A stretch of DNA of 32,000 bases from an uncultured archaeon (GTDB lineage Archaea; Asgardarchaeota; Thorarchaeia; Thorarchaeales; CAZPUN01), in assembly GCA_964589775.1 (NCBI GenBank), contig CAZPUN010000062.1, positions 1-32,000 on the forward strand, given 5' to 3'. How positions within the stretch are numbered: the first letter of the stretch is position 1; each line of letters begins with the position of its first letter. Positions 18,000 to 26,623 of the stretch are shown here, one piece after another. A model generated the notes under the pieces. The model had not been told where the DNA came from and did no database searches. It saw only the letters and a program-made list of their open reading frames with translations. Made by a program: the position numbers and the translations under genes.

Positions 18000-18207
18000 T
18001 AAGTAATTTGAGGATTTAGAATAGATCGAGACGTAATGTATCGAATCCAAAATATCCTCAATAGAGATATGGAGCGAAACGAGAGCTCCCATTCGGGGGC
18101 ATAGCGAATATATGCGCAAAATGACTATTGTATAAATAGTCTATACGTAAAACCTCCGCTGTTCATTGCGGAGTGTATGTCCGATATGATATGGTCATTT
18201 ATACTTA
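18000..18207 (+). ncRNA. Candidate structured non-coding RNA or cis-regulatory leader (family not recognised)
   Basis: Closing helix TAAGTA/TACTTA. Stems TTGAGGAT/ATCCTCAA, GGAGC/GCTCC, GCATA/TATGC, AAATGACTAT/ATGGTCATTT and CTCCGC/GCGGAG. G-U wobbles favour the + strand. No tracked ORF overlaps it. Confidence 0.55.
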
Positions 18208-18241
18208 ATATATGGTTTGTTCTTTATGGAGTGAGAATAAA

Positions 18242-18853
18242 ATGAGATTAGTTATGATAGGCGGAATGGTTACGGGTATTGGCCTAGCCTTGCTAGGTAT
18301 TGCCCTCTATAACCAATCAATCATTCCATCAGCAGCAGAACATAATGTTGTTTTTGTATATGGTGCTATTGCTGCTTTTGGGCTTGCACTTCTAATTGCA
18401 ATTATTGATACATTTACAGATTGGACTGGATATGTTCATCCATCAGAAATGCTGTTTTCAAATGTGTTCACATTTATCATGGGGCTCGCAATCCCACTTG
18501 TTTGGGGTTATTTCTGGTATGACATGAGAACAGTATTTTACACCATTGCTGAAATGCTGGTGATGGCATATATCTTCTTATTAGTATTCATTAAAGTGCG
18601 ATTCAAAATCACGACTGAAGAAGAACTAGAAATGGCAGAAAAAGTTACAACTGCAAAGTTCTTACTTGTAGCATTATTAGTCGGAGGAGTTATGGCTGCT
18701 GTTCAGTATGGAATGAATTGGTTGATTGCTACTTATGAATATACTCTAGCTAGTTTAGTTCTCGGTGGTGCAACAAGTATATTCATCATAGCCATGGCTG
18801 CCTTATTAGATATAAAATATGAACCAGTTTCTGCGGGTTCTGATGCGGAATAA
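18242..18853 (+). CDS. Hypothetical integral membrane protein, ~6 TM helices
   Basis: Six hydrophobic segments. GGAGTGA at 18228-18234 favours ATG 18242 over the track start 18212. Confidence 0.85.
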   Translation: MRLVMIGGMVTGIGLALLGIALYNQSIIPSAAEHNVVFVYGAIAAFGLALLIAIIDTFTDWTGYVHPSEMLFSNVFTFIMGLAIPLVWGYFWYDMRTVFYTIAEMLVMAYIFLLVFIKVRFKITTEEELEMAEKVTTAKFLLVALLVGGVMAAVQYGMNWLIATYEYTLASLVLGGATSIFIIAMAALLDIKYEPVSAGSDAE

Positions 18854-18862
18854 TTTAAAACT

Positions 18863-18880
18863 CCTTTTTCTATTTTTTAT
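18863..18880 (+). terminator. Oligo-T terminator candidate
   Basis: CCTTTTTCTATTTTTTAT just downstream of the stop. Confidence 0.35.
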
Positions 18881-18996
18881 TAAAAATTAATATAGGTATT
18901 TGTAGTATATTTTATATGTATTTAGACCTGATAATATATTTATATTAAATTAGGTTGTAAGAATTATTTGAAAAGGCATTTTTGTGGCGATGATTT

Positions 18997-20967
18997 ATGG
19001 CTGATACAGATACAAATCTTTGGCTCGGTTGGAAAATAAACGATAAGAATGAGGTTACAAAGGAAAAATTCGAAATTGATCCAAATCTTCTTAGACGACA
19101 TATGGGTATATTTGGAAGTACTGGTTCTGGTAAGACTGTGTTAGGTAAGATAGTACTTGAAGAAGCAGCATTACACGGTATTCCTGTTATTGCTTTGGAT
19201 CCACAGGGCGATATTGCGAGCTTGATTTTACCGGGTGATGTTAAGAAGTTAGAGAAGAAAGGTGTTCCGGCTAAACGATTAGAAGACTATTTGAAGAAGG
19301 TAAAAGTAAGAATATACACTCCTGCTAGTACAAAAGGTCTTCAAATGTCCATTAACCCTGTCAAATTACCGGATAAGAAAGCAGACCCCGATGATGCTAT
19401 TAGATTAATGGACAATTCGGCTAGAACTCTTGTTGGGGTCTTAATGAAGTTAGGTGGGCTTCCGAAAAGTAATCAAACCAAAGCAATTGCTGTTATTTAT
19501 GAAGTAATCCGTACTGCTTGGAAGAAAGGCATGGATATTAACGACCTTGATAGTCTGGCAGATCTAATAATGAGTGACGAAGAAACATTAGGTGTTGATC
19601 TAGGTCGATATATGAAGCCTTCAGAACGTGAACGTCTATCTTTGGCTATTCGGAGCCTTACTGTTGGAACTGCTGAATTGCTATTCTCTGATGAAGGGCA
19701 GTTCGATTTTAATGATTTATTAAGGCCTGTAGATGGCAAGACTCCCATAAATGTTATCTTTTTGAAGACACTTCGCTCTGAAGAAGAAAAACAGTTCTTT
19801 ATTGCGATCTTCTTAAACGAATTATATTCATGGATGCTTCGGCAAGGATTCAGTAAAGACCCTCGTATGGTATTATTTGCTGATGAAGTAGCGCCTTTTA
19901 TTCCCTCTGGAATGGCAAAACCCGGTCCTAAAGAGGCATTTCTGTTGATTTTCCGACAGGCAAGAAAATACGGCGTTGAATGTGTAATTGCGACACAAAG
20001 CCCTAAGGATATTGATTACAAGGCATTTGAGCAATTCAATACTATTGCCTCAGGTAGAATAACATCCGAACAATCATTAAAAGTGTTGGAGCGTATTATT
20101 GAGCCTATCGTTGGTGAAGTAGGTACTGATGAAATCATAGACAAGATCACAAAGACAAAAACTGGAAAGTTCATAATTGTTAATCCTGAGCTTCCAGGTC
20201 GTGTCGTACGAATTAGTACTCGCTGGCTATTGACAAATCATACGACACTCACTGAGAAAGATGTCGTAAAAATAATGGCCGAAGAGCAAAAGCGACTGGA
20301 ACTTCAAAAGAAATTAGAAGAAGAACGTTTGCGAAAGCAAAGAGAGGAAGAGGAACGACGTAAGCGTGAAGAACAAGAACGACTTGAGCGCGAGCGACGC
20401 GAACGTGAGCGACAGAAAAAGCTTGAGGAAGAACGACGCAGACGAGAAGAAGAACGAAAGAGACGTGAAGCGGAGCTCAGAAAGTTACGTGAGAAATATA
20501 AATATGCAAAGGACAATGAAAAAGTCTTCGTAAGGAAAGGCGAATCGAAGCCGGAAGTCTCCTATGAGGACATCATGAACGCATTTGTAAATAAAATTGC
20601 CAAAGTTGCAAAGACAAGGTATGGCTTACCTTTCTTGAAAGAGTTAGTCTCGGACAAAGAGTTAATCTATGAGAAAGCGTTGACATATTATTACAGTGAA
20701 ACAAAAGCCGCAATTAAGAACGGACTAGCTCATGTTGAAGTTCGTGAAATTGAAAAGAACGGCAAGAAAAAGAAAGTAAAGATGCTTATTTATGATTTCG
20801 AAAAATTGCTTGACGAAGTTCTCGAACAGATGAAAATTGCCCAACCCGAATATGTTGACCCTGAACGACTTAAGAAAATGTTCGAAAAATTAGTAATGAC
20901 TTCTCAGAAAACTAATCTGCTCGAGCGAATACTCCTCGGTGAGCCATTCTTAAAATATAAAATATAA
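18997..20967 (+). CDS. HerA/FtsK/VirB4-superfamily ATPase (DUF87/DUF853-like) with ER/K charged helix and C-terminal domain
   Basis: RHMGIFGSTGSGKT (Walker A), LDPQGD, LFADEV (Walker B), arginine-finger ARKYG..IATQSP.D. Confidence 0.9.
   Translation: MADTDTNLWLGWKINDKNEVTKEKFEIDPNLLRRHMGIFGSTGSGKTVLGKIVLEEAALHGIPVIALDPQGDIASLILPGDVKKLEKKGVPAKRLEDYLKKVKVRIYTPASTKGLQMSINPVKLPDKKADPDDAIRLMDNSARTLVGVLMKLGGLPKSNQTKAIAVIYEVIRTAWKKGMDINDLDSLADLIMSDEETLGVDLGRYMKPSERERLSLAIRSLTVGTAELLFSDEGQFDFNDLLRPVDGKTPINVIFLKTLRSEEEKQFFIAIFLNELYSWMLRQGFSKDPRMVLFADEVAPFIPSGMAKPGPKEAFLLIFRQARKYGVECVIATQSPKDIDYKAFEQFNTIASGRITSEQSLKVLERIIEPIVGEVGTDEIIDKITKTKTGKFIIVNPELPGRVVRISTRWLLTNHTTLTEKDVVKIMAEEQKRLELQKKLEEERLRKQREEEERRKREEQERLERERRERERQKKLEEERRRREEERKRREAELRKLREKYKYAKDNEKVFVRKGESKPEVSYEDIMNAFVNKIAKVAKTRYGLPFLKELVSDKELIYEKALTYYYSETKAAIKNGLAHVEVREIEKNGKKKKVKMLIYDFEKLLDEVLEQMKIAQPEYVDPERLKKMFEKLVMTSQKTNLLERILLGEPFLKYKI
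20278..20500 (+). repeat. Low-complexity E/R/K coding tract (single alpha-helix-like)
   Basis: EEERLRKQREEEERRKREEQERLERERRERERQKKLEEERRRREEERKRREAE; QKKLEEER occurs twice. Confidence 0.8.
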
Positions 20968-20981
20968 TTGGAGTCTATGCT

Positions 20982-20994
20982 CCTTTTTCTTTTT
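20982..20994 (+). terminator. Oligo-T terminator candidate between convergent genes
   Basis: CCTTTTTCTTTTT after the ATPase stop. Confidence 0.35.
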
Positions 20995-21802
20995 ATAACA
21001 TGTCTATTATTTTTTCTAAATTATCGACTTCAATATCTGGTTTTGCATCTGTATTTAAGCCATAGATCGTTGCTGATGGACCACCTGTACGCCTAACGAG
21101 AATTGTTAGCATTCCAACTGAATTTCCGCCTGCGATATCCGTCTGAGCGTTATCACCGATCATGACTGTCTCTTCCGGTTTGAAGTTCAGTTCGTGAAGG
21201 ATTTGTTCAAACATTTCTTTGTATGGTTTACCGATAACGACGGATTTTACACCAGTTGCAAATTCGAGAGCCTTTGTGATTGCCATTTCTCCAAGGAATT
21301 GTTGATCTTTACCAAGATATTTGCCTGTAAATAATGCGCTTCCGCTCACGCAAACTAATTTTGCGCCCTTTAGTAATAGTTGTGTTGCATAGTTCATTTG
21401 TTCGTATGTCATATCTCTGTCTGTGCCCACTAAAACATAATCTGCATCTCCATCAAGAATCATTTCGAGTTCATAATCTGATGCATCTTCGATCAGTCCA
21501 CTTTCTGATATTATAAAGCATCTTGCATTTGGTTTTTGTTCCTTAACATATGCTGCGGTTACGGAACTTGCTGTAAACACAGCATCAAGTTCAACCGGAA
21601 ATCCGATCTCCAGCATCTTTCTATATATGTACCTTCTGGACTTTCTTCCAATATTTGTCAGGACTGCAATCTTTTTTCCACGTTTTTTCAATTCGTGGGC
21701 AAGTTTCAAGGCATCTTCATATGGCTTCATATCTTCAATATTTGTGCAAATGGTCTTATCGACATCAAATATGAATAATTTGTAGTTTCCTAGTTCTGTC
21801 AT
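20993..21802 (-). CDS. HAD-IIA family (NagD-like) phosphatase
   Basis: Motif I FDVDKT, motif II LTN, motif III GKP, motif IV MIGDN..TDI.GG..VGM. GGGAGG favours ATG 21802 over the track start 21829. Confidence 0.9.
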   Translation of the reverse strand: MTELGNYKLFIFDVDKTICTNIEDMKPYEDALKLAHELKKRGKKIAVLTNIGRKSRRYIYRKMLEIGFPVELDAVFTASSVTAAYVKEQKPNARCFIISESGLIEDASDYELEMILDGDADYVLVGTDRDMTYEQMNYATQLLLKGAKLVCVSGSALFTGKYLGKDQQFLGEMAITKALEFATGVKSVVIGKPYKEMFEQILHELNFKPEETVMIGDNAQTDIAGGNSVGMLTILVRRTGGPSATIYGLNTDAKPDIEVDNLEKIIDML

Positions 21803-21855
21803 TGTATTGCCTCCCTTACCAATTGTCATAAAAAAGAAAAAGAGGAATTGTTTAT

Positions 21856-23922
21856 TTATCTGACTTTACTACCTACTGGAGGATCTTCAACAGTAATTAA
21901 TGTAAAATCTTTTGGATTGTCTATGTGTTCTACAGCTAAAATCATTCCCTGGCTCTCTATGCCTCTGATTTTCTTTGGCTTTAGGTTCACCACAACAAGG
22001 ACTTTCTTATCTACAAGTTCCTCCGGTTTGTATTTTTCTGCCATTCCTGCGACTATTGTTCTGACTTTATCTCCAGTATCAACTTGGAGTTTCAGTAGAG
22101 CGCGTGTATTTGGTACGCGTTCTGCACTTTTTATGTGACCCACACGAATTTTTACTTTCTGAAATTCTTCAAATGTAATATAATCATCTTCCATAGTCTT
22201 TTTCGCCTCGACTTTTAGTTTCAAAGCTTTTTCTTTTGCTTCAGCATCTTGGATTCGTTTTTGAGTTTGTTTCTGAAGGTCCTTTAATTTTTCATCTGTT
22301 ATTTTCTGGAAGATTATTTTTGGCTTCTGTATTGTATTCTTTGTATTTACTGGTTCTAATGCCGCGTCGTATTTCATTTTATGGATTTCTGTAGGATCTT
22401 CATAACCTAACATTTTCCACACTTTTTCAGCTGCATTTGGTGTGACTGGTTCCATAATTATTGCTAGAGCCTTCACTAAGAACAAACCATTGTATAATAC
22501 TTGTGCGAGTTCTTCGCTTTTACCTTGTTTTGCAAGTTCCCAAGGTTTATGGTTTTGGAAGTAGGCATTTCCAAAAGCTGCAAGTCTTAAGACTTCATCT
22601 GCAATGACTTTGAAATCATAATTATTAATTGCATTTTTAATTATTTGTAATGCTTTTTCCACTTCTTTTTTCACTTCTGGTTCAAGAGTCCCTTCTGGTA
22701 TTTTTCCAACTTTCGAGTATGTAAAATGAATTGCTCTGTGAATAAAATTCCCTAGTGTTCCAACAAGTTCGTTATTTACTTTGTCTCTGAATGTCTTCCA
22801 TGAGTAATCCATATCCTTTGTATGGTTCGTATAGCTTACAACATAATATCGCAGAAAATCTGTATCCAAGTCATTTTCAAAAAAGTCTCTTATCCAGACA
22901 ACATATCCCCTTGATTTGCTGAATGTATGCCCTTCAATTTTTACCATTCCTGAAGCTATTATTGCATGTGGAAGGTTGTAGTCTGCTCCTTTTAGCATGG
23001 CAGGCCAATATACACAGTGATGATGTACAATGTCTTGCCCGATGAAATGTATGATTTTACCATTTCCGGGAAGCCAGAACTTCTTCCATTCGTCTGGTTT
23101 GCCAATTTTTTGTGCCCATTCTTCGGTCATAGACATATATCCTATTGGCGCATCAACCCATACATATAATACTAATGAGTCATCTCCCGGGAATTTCACA
23201 CCCCATTTCAAATCTCTTGTTATGCACCAATCAATTAATCCAGACCGAACCCATTCTAAAGCATATGCGATTGCATTTTTAGTGCCTTCGACTTTAGTAA
23301 GATATTCTTTAAGAAAGTCTGTAAAAGCTGTAAGCTTTAGATAATAATGCTTTCTTTCAACATATTCTGCAGGGGTTCCACAAACAGCGCATCGTGGATT
23401 TAATATTTCACCCGGTTCGAGGTGCTTTCCACAGCCTTGATCGCATTCGTCTCCTCTTGCATCTGCTCCGCAATATGGACAAGTTCCTCTCACATATCTG
23501 TCTGGAAGTATTCTTTTGCATTTTGGGCAATACGGTAGTTTGATCGTTTTTGGATATACATATCCTTTGTCAATTAGAGCCTGGACGATTTGTTGCGTCC
23601 TATGATGATTCAATGGATGGTCAGTACTTCCAAAATTATCGAAGTTAACATTAAGCTTTGGAAACACTTCCAAGTAATGTTTATGGTATCGTTCGACAAT
23701 TTGCTTTGGGGACACACCTTCTTGTTCTGCAATTACTGCTATGGGCGTTCCATGGGTGTCGCTTCCGCTTATGAAGACAACTTCCTGTCCCAATTTTTTT
23801 AGTGCTCTTACAAAAACATCTGCAGGAATATATGTTCTTAAATGACCAACATGAAGTTCTCCACTTGCATATGGGAGCCCACACGTGACAAGAACTGGAT
23901 CTGTGCTAGGGTATTCTGTCAT
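21856..23922 (-). CDS. metG: Methionine--tRNA ligase with C-terminal tRNA-binding (EMAP/Trbp111-like) domain
   Basis: LPYA.G.LHVGH (HIGH), SD.HGTP, Zn knuckles, YVWVDAPIGY, FSKSRG (KMSKS-like), C-terminal NLKPKKIRGIESQGMILA. Start at ATG 23922 preferred over 23961. Confidence 0.97.
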   Translation of the reverse strand: MTEYPSTDPVLVTCGLPYASGELHVGHLRTYIPADVFVRALKKLGQEVVFISGSDTHGTPIAVIAEQEGVSPKQIVERYHKHYLEVFPKLNVNFDNFGSTDHPLNHHRTQQIVQALIDKGYVYPKTIKLPYCPKCKRILPDRYVRGTCPYCGADARGDECDQGCGKHLEPGEILNPRCAVCGTPAEYVERKHYYLKLTAFTDFLKEYLTKVEGTKNAIAYALEWVRSGLIDWCITRDLKWGVKFPGDDSLVLYVWVDAPIGYMSMTEEWAQKIGKPDEWKKFWLPGNGKIIHFIGQDIVHHHCVYWPAMLKGADYNLPHAIIASGMVKIEGHTFSKSRGYVVWIRDFFENDLDTDFLRYYVVSYTNHTKDMDYSWKTFRDKVNNELVGTLGNFIHRAIHFTYSKVGKIPEGTLEPEVKKEVEKALQIIKNAINNYDFKVIADEVLRLAAFGNAYFQNHKPWELAKQGKSEELAQVLYNGLFLVKALAIIMEPVTPNAAEKVWKMLGYEDPTEIHKMKYDAALEPVNTKNTIQKPKIIFQKITDEKLKDLQKQTQKRIQDAEAKEKALKLKVEAKKTMEDDYITFEEFQKVKIRVGHIKSAERVPNTRALLKLQVDTGDKVRTIVAGMAEKYKPEELVDKKVLVVVNLKPKKIRGIESQGMILAVEHIDNPKDFTLITVEDPPVGSKVR

Positions 23923-24110
23923 AGTAATCACTCTCCTGAATAATTTTGAGACAATTATCAATTACATGGAAGACTCTAAAATGAGAACATAAAAATTGTA
24001 ATTTCAATTTTGCAGCGAGTTTTCTTCCACCTCAGAATGAATTTTATTTAGGTTTATTTCATAATTATTTATTAATTTATTTGTTAATAAATTCAACTGA
24101 AGGTGTTATA

Positions 24111-24782
24111 ATGGGAGCTGCGGACTCTATATTTGAAATAATTGGTCCTATTATGGTTGGGCCTTCAAGTTCTCATACTGCTGGGGCAGTGCGTATTGGT
24201 CTCTTTGCCCATGGATTATGTAAGAATCCAAAGTTTGTAAGAATTCTTCTACACGGTTCCTTTGCAGATACATATCGTGGTCATGGAACTGATAAGGCAC
24301 TTGTAGCTGGGCTTCTTGGTTTGTCTACGGATGATGAACGCATAAAAGATTCATTTAAGATTGCAAAAGAAGTAGGCTTAAATTATCTCATTGAAACTAC
24401 TGATTTGGGACCGCGATATCATCCAAATACAGCAAAGATTGTTCTGGATTGCGAAGATGAAAAAATCGTAGTTATTGGTAGTTCTGTGGGTGGAGGAAAT
24501 ATAACTATTGTTGAACTGAATGGATACCCCGTTGAAATATCCGGGGAGTATCCCACTGTTCTTATCATGCTACATGATGTATTAGGCGCATTAAGTCATA
24601 TTACAAAAATTATTGCTGATGCAAAAGTAAACATTGCAATTGTTAAAGCTGCCCGTGTATCATTTGGAGACCTTATGCTTGCAGTATTTGAGAATGATTC
24701 TTCTATTTCAGATGCGGTTCTTAAGCAGCTAAGAGATCTTGATTTTGTAGAATGGGTTCGACAAGTGGAGGCATGCGCATAA
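24111..24782 (+). CDS. sdaAB: L-serine dehydratase, Fe-S-dependent, beta subunit
   Basis: IIGPIMVGPSSSHTAGAVRIG, GSFA.TYRGHGTDKAL, HPNT, GSSVGGG, C-terminal ACT-like domain. AGGTG RBS before ATG 24111. Confidence 0.95.
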   Translation: MGAADSIFEIIGPIMVGPSSSHTAGAVRIGLFAHGLCKNPKFVRILLHGSFADTYRGHGTDKALVAGLLGLSTDDERIKDSFKIAKEVGLNYLIETTDLGPRYHPNTAKIVLDCEDEKIVVIGSSVGGGNITIVELNGYPVEISGEYPTVLIMLHDVLGALSHITKIIADAKVNIAIVKAARVSFGDLMLAVFENDSSISDAVLKQLRDLDFVEWVRQVEACA

Positions 24783-24792
24783 GGAGGAATTC

Positions 24793-25665
24793 ATGATGCG
24801 GACATTGACAACAATTTCGGAAGTTTTGGAGTATTGCTCGAAATACAATAAAAAAATGAGTGAAGTATTCATTGAAATAGAAGCAAAAAGGACAAACAAG
24901 TCTTGTGATGAAGTTTTTGATCAAATGCGAAAAATGTGGAATGTAATGAAGGAATCAATGGAAAAAGGAATTGCTGATGATTCATTATCTCCAAGTGGAC
25001 TCTCGGGTGGAGATGCTAAAAGAATGTGGGATGCCCCTGCGATTGTTGCGGGTGATGTCATCCGTAGAGCTATTGCAAGAGCTATGGCAGTTTCGGAAGT
25101 TAATGCAAAAATGGGGCGAATTGTGGCAGCTCCTACTGCTGGCTCCAGTGGAATTTTGCCTGCAGCTCTATACACTGCAGCTGAAGAATTAAATGTTGAT
25201 GAGGATACAATTATTCGTGGCTTATTTGTTGCAGCAGGACTTGGCATTGTTATTTCTTTAAATGCTTCTCTTGCAGGTGCCACTGGTGGATGCCAAGCTG
25301 AATGTGGTTCTGCTGCAGGTATGGCAGCTGCCGCAATAGTTGAAATGGCAGGGGGATCTCCCGAACAATCTGCGCATGCTTTGGCAATTTCACTAAAAAA
25401 CGTTCTAGGCCTTGTATGTGATCCTGTGGCGACACTTGTCGAAGTTCCATGTGTGAAAAGGAATGCAATGGGTGTAGTGAATGCGCTATCTTCAGCTGAA
25501 ATGGCACTGCATGGCGTAAAAAGCAAGATTCCTCCGGACGAAGTCATTATCGCTATGAGTAAGATTGGTCGTGAATTACCTGAGAGCCTCAGAGAAACTG
25601 GTGAAGGCGGTCTTGCAGATACTCCTACTGGAAGAAGGCTTCGGAAACAAATTCTTGGATATTAA
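24793..25665 (+). CDS. sdaAA: L-serine dehydratase, Fe-S-dependent, alpha subunit
   Basis: EVNA.MGRIVAAPTAGS.G, GGCQAECG, LGLVCDPV..LVEVPCVKRN, LRETG.GGLA.TPTG. AAGGAGG RBS. Confidence 0.96.
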   Translation: MMRTLTTISEVLEYCSKYNKKMSEVFIEIEAKRTNKSCDEVFDQMRKMWNVMKESMEKGIADDSLSPSGLSGGDAKRMWDAPAIVAGDVIRRAIARAMAVSEVNAKMGRIVAAPTAGSSGILPAALYTAAEELNVDEDTIIRGLFVAAGLGIVISLNASLAGATGGCQAECGSAAGMAAAAIVEMAGGSPEQSAHALAISLKNVLGLVCDPVATLVEVPCVKRNAMGVVNALSSAEMALHGVKSKIPPDEVIIAMSKIGRELPESLRETGEGGLADTPTGRRLRKQILGY

Positions 25666-25666
25666 T

Positions 25667-26509
25667 TTAGATTTTACGAGCGAATAATTTCAGAGATTGA
25701 ATATCTGCAGGAATAAACGATAGATCAATCTCTACGATATCTCCTTTTTGTACTTTTATGGGATCTTTGAATGGGATGAATAGTGGTTTCCAACCATCTT
25801 TATAGTCGATTTTTATATTCTCGCTTATTTCTGATTCAAACACACCAAAGAGGCCTTCAGCAATTCCATCTTGGTCTGCTTGAATCTGCATGGTTCCCTT
25901 TACAGGAATTTCAATTTGTTTTCGAAAATCGAACTCCTTAAAGAGATACATTTCTGAAAGTTCTTCGCCTTTCCATTCTTCAACAGATTGTGGTAATGGC
26001 GGAAATTTAATATCCTCGAATGTAAATCTTTCTAAGATACCCTTTGAATTATACAACGAAAAGTAAACTCGTGCATTTTGGGGGATCATTATTCCATCTT
26101 TCTTTAGAATGTATTTATTTGCATGATTCGCCATTGTAATTTGTTGTTCAATTATCATCGCTGAGCTTAGCATCTCAGAAACTACAATATCTGCTTTAAT
26201 CTCTGGCTTTATGTCTGCAAAATGTGCATTTACAAAATGAATTTTATCACTTACATTATTTAGTTCTGCAGCTTTTCGTGCATAATCAATATTTAATGGA
26301 TCTATATCAACTGCAACAACTCTTGCAGCTCCTGCCTTTGCAGCTAAAATGGCTAATATTCCTGTTCCCGTTCCCAAATCATAAACAATGTCTGTGTCTT
26401 TAATACTCTTTCTAAGAGCCTGTGCGAATGCCCTTAATCGCGTCTTGTGACTCAATAGGCTTGCCGCATGCAATATACTGAATGGTGTTGCTAGTTTTAT
26501 GTTTTCCAT
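25667..26509 (-). CDS. Class I SAM-dependent methyltransferase, protein arginine methyltransferase (PRMT)-like
   Basis: H..LL..K.R..AF..AL helix, VYDLGTGTGILA, DIVVSEM.....IE double-E-like loop, LKKDG.MIP, beta-rich C-terminus. Probable start MENIK (26509); track start is 26635. Confidence 0.8.
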   Translation of the reverse strand: MENIKLATPFSILHAASLLSHKTRLRAFAQALRKSIKDTDIVYDLGTGTGILAILAAKAGAARVVAVDIDPLNIDYARKAAELNNVSDKIHFVNAHFADIKPEIKADIVVSEMLSSAMIIEQQITMANHANKYILKKDGIMIPQNARVYFSLYNSKGILERFTFEDIKFPPLPQSVEEWKGEELSEMYLFKEFDFRKQIEIPVKGTMQIQADQDGIAEGLFGVFESEISENIKIDYKDGWKPLFIPFKDPIKVQKGDIVEIDLSFIPADIQSLKLFARKI

Positions 26510-26623
26510 CGTAATCAATCTCTCATGATTTCTTGCATATGTACAAAGATATATCAATGATATTACTAAAGAATTCTTCAATATATACATTTCACAATAT
26601 TTGAGAATTAAGGGGTAATTTAT

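Noticed and set aside
18000-18207. Assignment as tRNA, 5S rRNA, SRP RNA, RNase P RNA, SECIS, C/D guide or a known riboswitch (Moco, fluoride, TPP, FMN, cobalamin)
   Set aside because: I could not find the diagnostic cores on either strand (T-loop cloverleaf, SRP helix 8, RNase P GAGGAAAGUCC, RUGAUGA/CUGA boxes). A loose GAAAC..CUCCC resemblance to the Moco motif is insufficient.
20304-20516. Ser/Arg-rich (SR-like) 70-aa ORF on the - strand
   Set aside because: It is the reverse complement of the E/R/K tract of the ATPase, not an SR protein.
24921-25547. 208-aa - strand ORF
   Set aside because: Antisense shadow of the conserved sdaAA gene.
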